This document shows, piece after piece, positions 52,183-64,000 of a DNA stretch of 64,000 bases (position 1 is the stretch's first letter; each line of letters opens with the position of its first letter). Under the pieces are notes generated by a model. The model had not been told where the DNA came from, did not search any database, and saw only the letters and a program-made list of their open reading frames with translations. This DNA is from Gnetum montanum (Eukaryota; Plantae; Gnetophyta): NCBI GenBank assembly GCA_015680685.1, contig MNCI01000900.1, positions 132,241 to 196,240 on the forward strand. The letters run 5' to 3'. Position numbers and translations under genes: made by a program.

Positions 52183-54162
52183 GCCTTACTATTCATTAAG
52201 TTATAAAAGCTTTGGATACTATGTCACATCTTAATAATGTCTTTGTTTTGCATGACTCTCCATAGCTTTTTAAACCCTCTTCTTATATTCAACTTTTCAC
52301 TTGAACTTAGCTTTATGTCACATTTCAACAAGTTAGATAACTCTATCAACTTTTTATTTTCTTGGAAATGATAAATTATATAAGATTATAATGATTTATC
52401 AAAAGATCAATAAAGTATAAGAGCACTTATTGTTTCCTATTGATTGATTTCACTCATAGAAGGAATTTGTTGAAATTTGTGTAGCTTTAAGTTCCCTATG
52501 GATAATACGTTACCACCACCCTAACATATTCAGTGACTTTTAAAAGTCATTACATACATAAACCTATTAAATACATTCATTGTATTTTAAATTTCAATAA
52601 AATAATTAAAATTTTATATATAATATCTCCAAGAATATTTAGTCTTAAATCTAATCTTTAAATAACGTGGCATTGGGCAGAAACTTTCCTCTTCTTAAAA
52701 CATTTCCTTTATCGTAGAATATGTTATCACTTTAAGCATCACCGGAATGCTCTTCGATGAAGATAGCTAACATGTCGTAAGTGCTTAGGAACCTAAAGCA
52801 AGGAAGAAAAATTTGTTCTTAGTTGACACTTTAAAGACTTTTAAGAAACTTCTTGTCATCAATTGGTTTCATGAAAGTGCAACAGATTAGTTATTAAATA
52901 TGTTGGTTATCACGGATAACTAGCTACGATTTAACTATGACCTAACAAAAGAAACTGCCACATAATTTATCTAAAATATGGCTCAAATGTAGATTAATTT
53001 TTCAGGTTTGTATAAGCTATTGTTTAGGATTGAGTTTCATTCTAGGCTGCTCATGCATTCACACATGTGAATGCAGTTAAATACATGTGCTTACCCAAAG
53101 ATTTTTGAACTTTTAATTTCTTATCAAACTTCTTGGTATATTTGATTAGAATGCTCGGAACATATTAATCTATTTTAGTCTCTCCTTTTCACCTAGCTTA
53201 CTCTACAAACTTAAACTCATACAATAACTTACTAATGTGTTAATAATATTTAGCTTTATGAGATATAAAGAAATATAAATGATTTTAATTATTATTGCTA
53301 AATTTTTACTTTAGATATTTATTAATTTTCTATGCTACAAGGTGATATCAAGTTTTCCAAGGTATGAAAAGTGACATTTTCCAAGTATAGAACTAATTCA
53401 ATGTCAAAGAGATTTCAGAATTACTAATTACTTTCTTATTTAAAAAATATAGAATTATTTTTATTGAATATTTTTAAACCTTGGATATTATTTACTCTTA
53501 ATAATCTTTTGATCATTGTTGTGGTCTACTAAGCTTTTTCTATACAAAAATATAACTTTTAATGAAAGAATAAAATAACATTGTTCAATAGAAGAGATAC
53601 TTATATGGCTGTTTCCAAATAGGACATGCTTATATCATATTGTTTTAAAAGATTTTAAGTTTTTAGTATTAGCTCTTCCTGAATGCCATTTTGTATTTGA
53701 CCTATCTAATTATTCTCTTGATGTTTCTTTTTTCAATACTATACACATGGTTCTATATCAAAGTACAGTATATGTGTGTATTTAGTTAATGATAAGAAAA
53801 GATTTCTTTAAATACTTGTTTGGCTAAATGTAACATCCTATTAAAATAGTTATTTATATAATTGATAATAATGCAATTGTGGTACTTATGCTATCTAAAG
53901 GTTATGTTGGATTTCTATTAGGAACTATGCGGTCTAATGATAGTAAAGTTAGTGCAAGACATATTGATAAATGTTTAAATGGTATAATATTATCTTCTAA
54001 ATTATAGGTCTATTATATATCCTAGTCATTATGTTATTACTCTAATATTCCTAGTTATAACTCTATTATACTATATTTTGTTAAAAAATTTTATTGCATA
54101 TCTTTAACTTTTGTTTTAGTTTTTAATTTCAATTTTTATTAAAATTGAAATATTTTTTAAAA

Positions 54163-54314
54163 ATGAGGATTGGAACCCAAAACATTTTTTTTAATAATAT
54201 TAACCCCCAAGACATATAGTCATATTAGAACTATATAACTCAGTATTGCCCACAAAAATAGAACCCATAACTTGGAGTTTCTAAATTAAGATTCCACTAG
54301 GGTAATACCTCATT
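54163..54314 (-). mobile_element. tRNA-derived SINE copy (family 1)
   Basis: CCCCAAGACATATAG..TATAACTCAGTATTGCCCAC..GAACCCATAACTTGGAG..TAATACCTC is the reverse complement of the SINE. Confidence 0.75.
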
Positions 54315-55217
54315 ATTAAAATTAAATTTCTAGATGTAATACTTTAATTAAAAGTTATATGTTGTCCTAGTGAACTAAAATTGTTTAGTATAATGAAGTA
54401 TTACTAATGAACACTTGGCTTGTAGATTTAGCCAATTGATTAATAAAGTTATAATGAATTTTAAAACTAATCTCAATTAACATTATTAGAATGAATTCTA
54501 ATTTCAAGCACTTGTCTAATTTTTCTATCTAAAAAGTTATTCACTTCACAAAGGACTTTACTATAATCTATTAACCATTTATGATTTTTAAAGGATATAT
54601 CATTTTGTAACTTTTTTCCATCATGAAGGACATTTGTTTAATATTTATCCTTTTTTGTTGAAGAGAAAAGATGATGAGGAAAAAAGAAAATGTATTAAAG
54701 TTGAGGACAGAAACAAAAAATATGAAGGTGATATAAAAAATCAAACTAATGTTAATAATAAGAATGATCAAATGATAATATAGAAATCATATAAGACTAA
54801 AGCTTTTTTAAATATTTCTACTTGTACTACATAAAGTATTAATTATTTTAGATAGATAGCTCCTAAGAGAAATTTTTTCTTATCTAATATGAATAATGTT
54901 GACAAGAAGGTTATTATTGATGGTAGAGATTCTCAACGTAAGGTTAACAATAAGTGAAAAAGTAATAGTGTTGTAGAATTTATGTCACCATTTTCTTGTG
55001 AATCTAGTTTTTCTACAAATATTAGTATTTCACCATAGCTTTCTACCTTGTATTCTTTTGCTATTTTAAGTTCAAGCATAGATGTTGAAAGTAATGTAAA
55101 TGTTATTAAGATTTTCACCATATTCTATACTAATAATTACTTTTTTTCTCCTAATTTTCTCATGCATTAGTTGTAAGGTTGTACACTTAGGAAGGCATTC
55201 CTAAATTAGAAATAATA

Positions 55218-55375
55218 AGGCATTAGCTAAGTGGTAAGACTCTTGATTTGGAAGCTCCAAGTTATAGATTCAATTTTAATGGGCAATGTTGAGTTATAAG
55301 TTCTAATTGGATGATATATCTTGGGATTACCTATATTTCAATTATTTTGGATTCCAACACCTTGCCCTCCTAAAT
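55218..55375 (+). mobile_element. tRNA-derived SINE (family 1, best-preserved copy; head resembles tRNA-Pro(UGG))
   Basis: A-box TAGCTAAGTGG, anticodon-like loop ATTTGGA, B-box-like GATTCAATT, tail TTTTGGATTCCAACACCTTGCCCTCCT. Confidence 0.78.
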
Positions 55376-55576
55376 TGAAATTTTTTTTCTTTCTATACTA
55401 TTTTTATGTTTTTTACTTAGTGTACAATGTGTGATGTACTTTTTTTCTTATTATTAATATTTTTTTGGGGTCCAACACCCGCTCCCTCCTAAATAAAGAA
55501 CATGTTTTAATAGTAACACATTTCTTAGTTGGTTAGAGCATTTTTTTATGGTTTAAAAGTCATATATTCAATTCCA

Positions 55577-56735
55577 TCACAAATTGTCTTAGGTTGGCTA
55601 GTCGTTGGATTTTAGGGGTCGAGTTTAACACTTTGTATGGGGAGTCGGATGCAATGAACCATTACCTAGTTCAGATTTACTCTTTTCTCCACTGTCACTA
55701 GCATCTAGATGTTACAGTGCAAAACCTTTTTCATGGCCTTCAATGGCTTAATGGGGTTAAACTCTTGCCCTATCGACCATCTGTCCCCTTTCAACTCATG
55801 CATGACCCATCTGAAGTCATTCAATGTTGCAATAAATATTGGCATAAACAAGAGTTAGAAACATTTTGTATCCCTCTCTTCCAACTTATTTGGAAACTTC
55901 CGACCCTCCCCAAAATTAAGCAGTTCCTTTGGTGTCTTCTCCACCATGGTCTACCTATCAGAAAACGTCTAGAATATCTTGGGATTCCTAATCCCAATTT
56001 CCCTCTATGTACTGGACAAGATGACTTTGTCCATGTATTTTGGCAATATCCCTTTGCTCAACATGTGTGGCAGTGGGCTTCTAAATATTTTCCATCATAC
56101 AAGCTATCTCAAGAGGATGCCATATTCGGATTCTTGAACATTACTTCTACTAATCTTAATTTTCTATGGAAAGTTATTAGGCCTACTATTTTATATTATA
56201 TTTGGAAGCAAAGATGCAATGTTCTATTTCAAAAGACAGAGTACTCTAACAAATATTTGCTTACCAGGTTGGAGAAGTTGCAGATCTTTTGCCTCACCTA
56301 TTTTCAACTCATATCTCAAGCATCCAAGTTCAATCTGGACAGTCATCAATTGGTTCATCTCCTGCAGCTATGGGAAAGACCTATGTGTTTTAGTTACACT
56401 TAGCATCAGTAATCTCGGCAAGGAAGTTTTCCCTTTTTATTATGTGGATTCACCATTGGAATTCTCTCTATCCTTAATTGAGAGCTCTTTGCCTCATCTA
56501 ATTCTATGTCATTCTATTTTGTAACAAGCAAGTCTATGCGGACATTTGGTTGTGCCCCAACTTGGGGTACCTCCCCTAATACTCGTCTATTTCTAAGGTG
56601 TTTCTCGAGTGTCATTCAGGATGCTCTCAGTTTTTCCTTTCCTTTAACCCTCTGACTTATTCAAGTTGTTGTAATTGATGCATCTTTAATTTCAATAAAA
56701 CTTCTTTTCGGGGTCCGACACCCCCCCCACCCCCC
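55577..56735 (+). mobile_element. 5'-truncated L1/Tx1-type LINE with 16-bp TSD and C-rich tail
   Basis: TSD CATATATTCAATTCCA at 55561-55576 and 56736-56751. It contains a zf-RVT ORF, and its 3' end reads AATAAAA..TTTTCGGGGTCCGACACCCCCCCCACCCCC. Confidence 0.92.
55717..56403 (+). pseudogene. LINE ORF2 C-terminal fragment (zf-RVT domain)
   Basis: IWKLPTLPKIKQFLWCLLHHGLPIRKRL..PLC..HVFWQYPFAQHVW..YIWKQRCNVLF. Confidence 0.88.
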
Positions 56736-56879
56736 CATATATTCAATTCCAACAAGCATACTAATTTAACATATCATTATGTTCTAGTTAAGTTCTAGAA
56801 AATTTTTATGTTTTTTATATATCTTTGAAGTATAAATAGTTATCTAGTTTTGATTCCAATAACTCCCTCCTATATTTTA

Positions 56880-56962
56880 GGGTTAGCAAAAGAGAGAAAG
56901 ATATTGGAACCTAAAATAATGAAAATATAGGTACACCCTAAGATATATAGTCTAATTAGAAG
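56880..56962 (-). mobile_element. SINE family 1 3' half, interrupted by an LTR
   Basis: TTGGAACCTAAAATAAT..ACACCCTAAGATATATAGTCTAATTAGAA, followed directly by the LTR terminus TGATGAG. Confidence 0.65.
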
Positions 56963-59900
56963 TGATGAGTAGTAAAAAATTCCAACACTCAACTATACAA
57001 GTCACAAGTATTCATATGTGACTAGATCATAATTTGTGGATGGACGATGTAGGTGTACTAGTGAGTTGATGATAAGTTCGTAATCGTTATATTCTCATTT
57101 GGAGTTAGTGACGTGTAAAATGTATGGTCTAACTCTTAGTGACATATATGATTAGTTGATGTTATTTTGGCTCTATGTGTGCTAATAGTAAACATACTGA
57201 GAATAATTATAAATTCTATTAACTAGGAACAACAAAAATATAAAGCTATTCTAGCTTATTAGTGATAAGTATCTTGTCCTAGCTTGATGTACATGTTATA
57301 GGTTGTAATTATTACTAGAATTACCAAATAACTTTACTAGTAAGGAAATCACGTAAAGTTATTATTAGGTTACTAAACAATTACACGTTAGTCTTAAAAC
57401 TAGTCATGCTTATTTTACTTATATTAACAAACATGATAATAGTAAATGACTTAGGTAATATAAATGAAAAAGTAAAAGTAAATGACATAGAAATGTAAAT
57501 CTATTCTATTTGTAATGCTACAATGATGAAGAACAATCTTGATCTTTATTACGATTCATGAATTATGTCATGAATAATCCACTTAAATAAAGATGTACAA
57601 TTGTTAATCACCACACCATGAGCATTCACGACTAAGTCTATGTTCACAAAAATAAACTACAAGAATTTCACTAAGGGTTAGAAAAAATATATTATTTGAC
57701 ATGTCAATACACTTATATTTATAGGCATGACCATAGTCCACTACATCATATCTATGACATCATATATTGAGCTATGATATCATAGATATGATATCATAGT
57801 CAACAATATTAAAGATTTTATAATACCCACATGACTAACTAGAAACCTGTTCTTGAGTTCAAATAATAAGAGGATAGAGTTCTTACAAACGTTTAGGTTT
57901 ACATAGAATTAATAATATATCATATAGTTATAACTGACTAATGACTATGAATCTCACTACTTTGTTCAGGTGATACAAAATTATCATGTAGTGCATGATA
58001 GACACATGATAAAATTTCATGGTAAAAACAAGTAAAACATGATTAAAGCATGTTGTAGTCTTCTTAATTTCCTAGTGATGAAAATTCCTACATTGCATTC
58101 TTCTCTTTTTCATCTAGCTTCTTGAACTGATACTTGTTTAGTAGTTCTCTTAGCTTGTCTTCTTCAGTCCTAGGATCATGCATAGTCCATACCATCTTGG
58201 TGATGTTTTTTTTATGTTCGAGCTTATGAAGGAGATGGAAATTATGGAAACATTTGATTATCCTTGATATATCATGCTACAAATTGTGTTCATTTCACTT
58301 CAAAATCCTTGGTAATTTTTTATAATTCTTGATAGTTTATCATTTGTTTGGTCAAGTTTGTTACTATATCTTTCTAATCCTAATAAGTTGCTTTAACTTC
58401 CTAAAGCTTAGAGTTTGTAATATGAAGTTTTTTCTATCGTTCTTTTATGTTTATAAACTCTTTTTCATATATAAAATACATGGTAGCCAATTACAACAAT
58501 TCTAGTTTTTGTCTACCTACTATCAACATGGATAAGTTAGCATATTGTAAGTTTGCTAAGACTTTTTTACTTTATGAAATATTTAATTTGTAGGCCTTTG
58601 TTTTTGAGTTTTTCTTAATGGACTAGGGTAAGACTATCTAGGATGAGTTGCCAATTGGGTAACTGCTACATAATGAAGCTAATTTTAGCTTTAAGCATCT
58701 ATATCTCTTTTTAATTAATCTCTTTATATATTCTAACTTTTTCTTTGAAGTGTTCCTTACCCCTTTCATAATTTTTGACCTTATTCTACCATGTGTTGTC
58801 TTAATAGTTGCTTTTTATCTAACCATGTGCACTTCTTGTATTGATAAAGTTCTATTTTCTAAGGTCAATTATCTTGTATCTAGGTTGACTTTAGCAACTT
58901 ATTCTATCAATTGATGAATGCTTTCCTCAAGCATGTTTTTTCTTTCTCCACATTTTTCAACATAAGTTTCTTTGCAATAATCTTCTTATTTTCTTCTTCT
59001 AGTATAGCAATTGCTTTTGCATGGACATATGTTTGGGCATATGAAGCTAAAGAATTTTATATTACCTTCTCCCTTTCAAATTTTTACTATCATCATTTGA
59101 TCAACTTGATCATTTTTGTTTGAACTGATATAACTTGTCAAGTACATTGTATTATATAGGATCTTGTATTTTAGCATTTAGTTTAGCTAATTCCTCTTGT
59201 AGCTAATGCACTTTAGTCTTATCTTGTTGCATCCTTATTTAAGCTTTGACTAGTTTTCCCTTTAAAGAAATCAATTCTAACAAAATATAGTGATATCACT
59301 AGGGATATCAAAAAGATTTTGCATAACTTGTCATGTTTTGCTATAATCTTAGTGTCCATTAGTTTTTCCACTTAATCTCTTTTAGATGAAACTAGCTTGG
59401 AAATCTCTACATATGATGCATTTTTGGCTTTGTGTAGAACATCATTGGTATATCCCAAAATACTTGCATGTCTAAAACTTTTTTTGATAAGAAAATAAAA
59501 TGAAAGAATAGATTTCAATGTCTTCTTTTCTTCAAATCCCTTCTATATTTCTAGGAATAATAATCATGTTATATTTTTCTTAAATTTTTTTTTATTAAAA
59601 TGGACCTTTCTTTGGTAGTATATGTGAATATTTTGTTAAGTCTCTTGATTGGGAAGATGTGGTATTTCCTAATCTTGAAATAGATCTTTTTAACTATGGA
59701 CATTTCATCATATTCTTTCTCTATTATCCTGGATGTCCTCTGCAACTATAAATTTCTAGCGTTAGTGTTATACCTTATAGATATTTGAGAAATGTTGGCT
59801 TCAAAATTTGGTAGGTTGAGTGCTTTGGTAATGAACTCTACTAACTAAGGTATTACTCCTTCAATCTTCATAATGATATCATCTTATCAAATATATTAGA

Positions 59901-60480
59901 ATTGATAGGTCTCCTCGAAATATCATTCATTGTTTCTTGAAGTTTGTGGCCCATAATTTCAAGAAACAATGAATACCTTTACAAGTAATCATTTTGAAAA
60001 TTAAATAGTGAACATGTCTCTTAAGGCAACTAATCATTTTTTGGTCAAGTTTGTTACTATATCTTTCTAATCATTCTTAATACTTATCCTTAATTAATCT
60101 TATGGGATATAGGATTATGCATAAATGTTATATCACATGAGATGCTCACTTTGAGAGCAAAAGGATTAAAAATGGATCAAATCAGATGTGTGGTCAAGAA
60201 GATATGAGGCTTGGAATATTCTCTAATGAAAGAAAATTACATGCTCTTCTTTCATGAAATGGTAACAATGAAAATTTCCTAATGGTCATGCATATATATA
60301 GTTTTTATATGTGGAATATCTTAGATGTGACATCGTTGATGTGATATCACAATATATTTGGTATTGTATCTATTGATACCACCCTTAAAATTTTCAAATT
60401 TTTTTGCAAATTTTAAGAGAAAAAATTGATGAATTGGGTAACTTAAAAGGTGTTAAGGTAGTTTGAAAGATTCTTAGTTA
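56963..60480 (-). mobile_element. Athila-like element D (3' LTR 56963-57823, PPT 57824-57836, env-like remnant 58050-59960)
   Basis: Reverse complement is collinear with about 7900-12363 of element A, with deletions. Confidence 0.8.
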
Positions 60481-61528
60481 TAAATGATACCTAGAATGTG
60501 GTATTTTGGTATCAAAATTATATTAGTTAAGGAGTTTGCATAAGGTAAATCAACTAAAGTTTAGGAAGTGATTCGATTAAAAATTACTAAGTGTATGAAT
60601 GAATGTGAATATGTAGGGATGTCATGTCCTCATTTCCAAATGATGCTGCTACATAACAAAGATGATGCCTCTTCATAACAAGTGTTATTATTATCATAAT
60701 AATACTTGAAAGGGTATTTGTAATTAAGACCTAAATGGACATGTTGTAATAGTGGATGTGTCTCTTAAGGTAACCTTTGGGGGTTTGACCTAAGGAATTT
60801 ATACCCAATCTTAGAGGTCATGCCAGTAGGATAGGAAGTGGACTGATCATCCCTTCTCATTAGGTTATAGGCCTAATCATGGTGGTAGTGTTGGATTGTC
60901 TCTAAGGGAATAGATGCCGAAGGAAGGAAACCCCAAGGAACACTCTCAGAGCATGATCTGGATACACCATTTTATATTAATAAAGCATTCTTTTTCATTT
61001 CTCTTTCTTGCACATTCTCTATTATTTCCTTCATGAATAATGTTGAATGTTACATATATTCAATGATTGGTATATTATCTTCTTATCTAATATAATTTAT
61101 ATTTGACTTTTTCCATGGCATCTAGGAACATGGTGTCATAAGGAAAGTGAGGATTATTGATAAAGTATCCAAGAGATACAAGATAGTGTAGAGTTGGATG
61201 AAAAGTATGAAACAAAGAGTTATAAAAGTATGATGAAGAGTTAATAAGTTAGTTGTGTCAATGGACATGTGCCTATGAAACCCTATTGATGTATCCTTTG
61301 ATACATTAATGCATATGTATTAATGCCAGCTAGCCCTTAGCCTATATAAATGCGTAAACCATATGCACTTATGGCACCTTTAGTTATTCTAGTAGCTAGA
61401 CTCTTATAATTTTATTCTATAGGACTTAACCAAAAATTTCTCTAAGTTATCATAGTTTAGATTGAGTTAATTGAACAAAGTTTTATTTGAGTACATGATG
61501 TGCCTAGATACTTCTACATGATGATAAT

Positions 61529-62533
61529 TGATGAGTGGCGAGGTATCCCTACACTCAACCATACGAAACGAGCGTAGCACGCGCGCTTTGGTCAAACTCC
61601 GCAGACTAAATGCCTAAATGCCCCATGGAACACTTGGGGTTAATCGTTCGTTGTCTTCCCAGACTTGTTGTTGTCACGGTGTATGGTTAAGTAAGTCCAA
61701 GGTATATGATTTTTTTGGTATTTTACGGTTTATCTCCTATGCTAAATGGTGAAGGGTTGAGAAACTAAAACTAACTCTAACTATAGCACTAAGTCCTAGC
61801 GTCAGCATCCGTTCCCACTTGCCGTACACACCCTGAACTATGCAACTGTGGCTACCAAACTTTAATCGTTACTGGGATTACCACACGTAACGCACGTGCT
61901 TGAAGCGGTCGTACTGAGGCACCTAACTAACCTAAGTGTGACAAGAAGCCAATTCCTTGACTAGTCGTACACATCTGTAGATGCTCGTAATCAAGTTGTA
62001 CTTGTCCCACGTTCTAGGAGGAAAGGGTGAGAGAAACTAATCGCGATGAGTAACCGATTCCTTGGCTAGCCATACACGTTCGTCAACGCTCGTAACCAAG
62101 TCGTACTCATGTTGCGTTACTAGGAAAGCAATAAATAACATTAATTAAACCTATCCATGAACTACAAGGTTTATCCACAAAGCTTGTCTTTATTGTCGTA
62201 CACAACTTGCGTTCAGGTACAAAGCTTCTCGAATAAAGAACCATTCACTTGGGGGACTCCTACTGCGGGCACATGGAAAATATTCTATCTCTAGGGTGAT
62301 CAATCTGCCAGAGCTTTGCTACTTTACGCCTAGGATGTCGAATGAGGGGAGTGCCGCCTCTTATTTATAGATATGACGGCAGACCGCGATATCGCAGGGA
62401 AGGATGCGATATCGCGTACGCAATATTGCAAGGGATGCGATATCGCGTCAGTCGTGATATCGCGTACGCAATATCGCGTCAGCCGTGATATCGCGTACGC
62501 AATATCGCGGCTTGTGCAATCTGCGTCTCATCA
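61529..62533 (-). repeat. 3' LTR of element E with a U3 array of GCGATATCGC palindromes and a TATA box
   Basis: Repeated (C)GCGATATCGC(G) variants at 62385-62510 and CTATAAATAA on minus at 62361-62370. Confidence 0.88.
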
Positions 62534-64000
62534 TACCCCCATGACTGAATGAAAACTCATCCTTGAGTTCTTTATAATAATATTAGGTAGGTATGGGATT
62601 ATTTAGGGAAATGAAACTAATGGAATGACATGTGAATGGTTCATTATTACAAGGATTGACACAACTGGTGTTCATGATAACAAGGGTGAACACCTTATTA
62701 CAATGACATCAGGCCACACTTGGTAGTTGAGAGAAAAGAGGAGAGAGAATAGAAGAGAAGAAGAGAGAAGAGTCTTGCTGCTGCCAACGCCTAGATTGCG
62801 CCTTCCATTGTCCATCCGTAAGCGCATCATTAATTCTGCTCCTTGCATAGCTGCTTCAGCACTACTCCATTCCAAGTGGTTGCTCCAGATCCATTTCGTT
62901 GTTGTATGATTGCCATCTGCACACACAACACAATCATATATTAGCAAGGGTAATTGAATCGTTAAGTAAATAATACCTTGCTTCGGTGTAAACTCATTGG
63001 CTAAGTTGTGGTATGGATGATATGGATCTGGGAAAATGTAGATGATGACTACTAAAGGTGTAGGGGTTAAGAAGAGAAATGAAAAAAATTTGGGGCTTAG
63101 GAGGAAAATCAGAAAATCAGGCCCCGTACCCCCATGACTAATCACGAACCTCCGGTAGCGTTAGAATGGAGAAAGAAAGGTAGGTAGAAGGGACAACTAT
63201 GGCATCAGTGAAGTGGATGTCAAGATGGAAATGAACAAAAATAAAATTAATTGCAAAATGTTAAGGAAAAGAAGTTAACTAATGCTCCAAATAGGAATGT
63301 CAGTGGGTCCTCCCCAAAGTAGGCTCATGCCCTTAATGCCCTAACAATCCCACATTCAAAGAGTCTGTAGGCTCTAGGAATGTCCTTTGGAACAAGAGTT
63401 AAAGTCTTAACCGCTAGAATTTACCAAAATGAAAACAATGCATCAACCAAAATATACACTAATGATACAACTGGCAATGAGGTGAATAGTGGAGAGAAGG
63501 ATGGAAAGAAGAGAAGTGGAATGGAATCCCAAGAACAAGGTGGTGTACAGCCCCTTGTGTGTTTTATGGTTAATGTGACTTGGAAAACCTCATTCCAACT
63601 CTGGGCTCAAACCAACCACTTCCAATGACTTCGCATCAATGCATTCAGTTAAACCATCCACTTGGATAGCGAGGATGCATCTTCAAAGAGCCACCACCAT
63701 TTCGACGAAACAAAGGAGGCAATGGGAAGCGAGAAGGGCCTTAGTTAGAGGGAACACTTTGGTTCCATAACCAATGCTTGCAGCCCAAATTATTTTGTCT
63801 AAGGGGTATGCTTTGAATCCTCACTTTGGTTTTTTTTTTATTTTTTATTTTTTCTTGTGTTTTGTGTTTTTGTGCGTGGGGACCACACCATGCAAAGACT
63901 TCTTATTTTTATTGTCTCAGCTTCCAAAAATTGGGTAACATCGAAACGGTAAGAAAACTCAAGAAGAAAACATCCAAGCACCCAAGTGAATGACCAACAC
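61529..64000 (-). mobile_element. Young Athila-like element E (3' LTR plus 3' internal region, continuing past the window end)
   Basis: LTR 61529-62533 has TGATGAG..CTCATCA inverted termini. PPT AGTCATGGGGGTA at 62534-62546, with a second identical copy at 63127-63139. CpG is retained. Confidence 0.85.

Larger units (their letters stand above)
55515..56875 (+). mobile_element. Second tRNA-derived SINE type, split by a LINE insertion (55515-55576 plus 56752-56875)
   Basis: Head CTTAGTTGGTTAGAGC (D-loop/A-box), B-box-like ATTCAATTCC and tail TTTTGATTCCAATAACTCCCTCCT. Confidence 0.6.

Noticed and set aside
55218-55295. Possible tRNA gene
   Set aside because: It cannot fold into a full cloverleaf and continues into a repeated body and tail, so it is a SINE head.
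62385-62510. CRISPR-like repeat array
   Set aside because: No unique regular spacers and no cas genes; these are LTR U3 repeats in eukaryotic DNA.

Overview
AT-rich plant nuclear DNA, almost entirely nested and mostly decayed retroelements, with one recognisable host gene fragment: three exons of an euAP2 (APETALA2-type) transcription factor at 47445-47913 (+). LTR elements: five Athila-like Ty3/gypsy copies of different ages, including one young CpG-rich LTR at 61529-62533. There is also a Sirevirus-like Ty1/copia derivative (1629-7225), a 2.2-kb non-autonomous copia element with target-site duplication (TSD; 28821-31025) and a further copia remnant. Non-LTR elements: two young L1/Tx1-type LINE insertions, each with a 16-bp TSD (41105-44926, 55577-56735), a decayed LINE that looks neither L1 nor RTE (17530-20300), several plant RTE fragments and about eight tRNA-derived SINE copies. 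The most notable observations are four. (1) A LINE and two SINE types share a C-rich 3' stem-loop tail, and the LINE has inserted into a SINE B-box. (2) An LTR-like motif cluster plus TATA lies upstream of the Athila env-like ORF. (3) Foldback and templated-filler scars sit at deletion junctions. (4) The euAP2 gene's first AP2-domain exons are not visible in 47 kb upstream. All alignments and translations were done by eye, and the species cannot be determined from this window.
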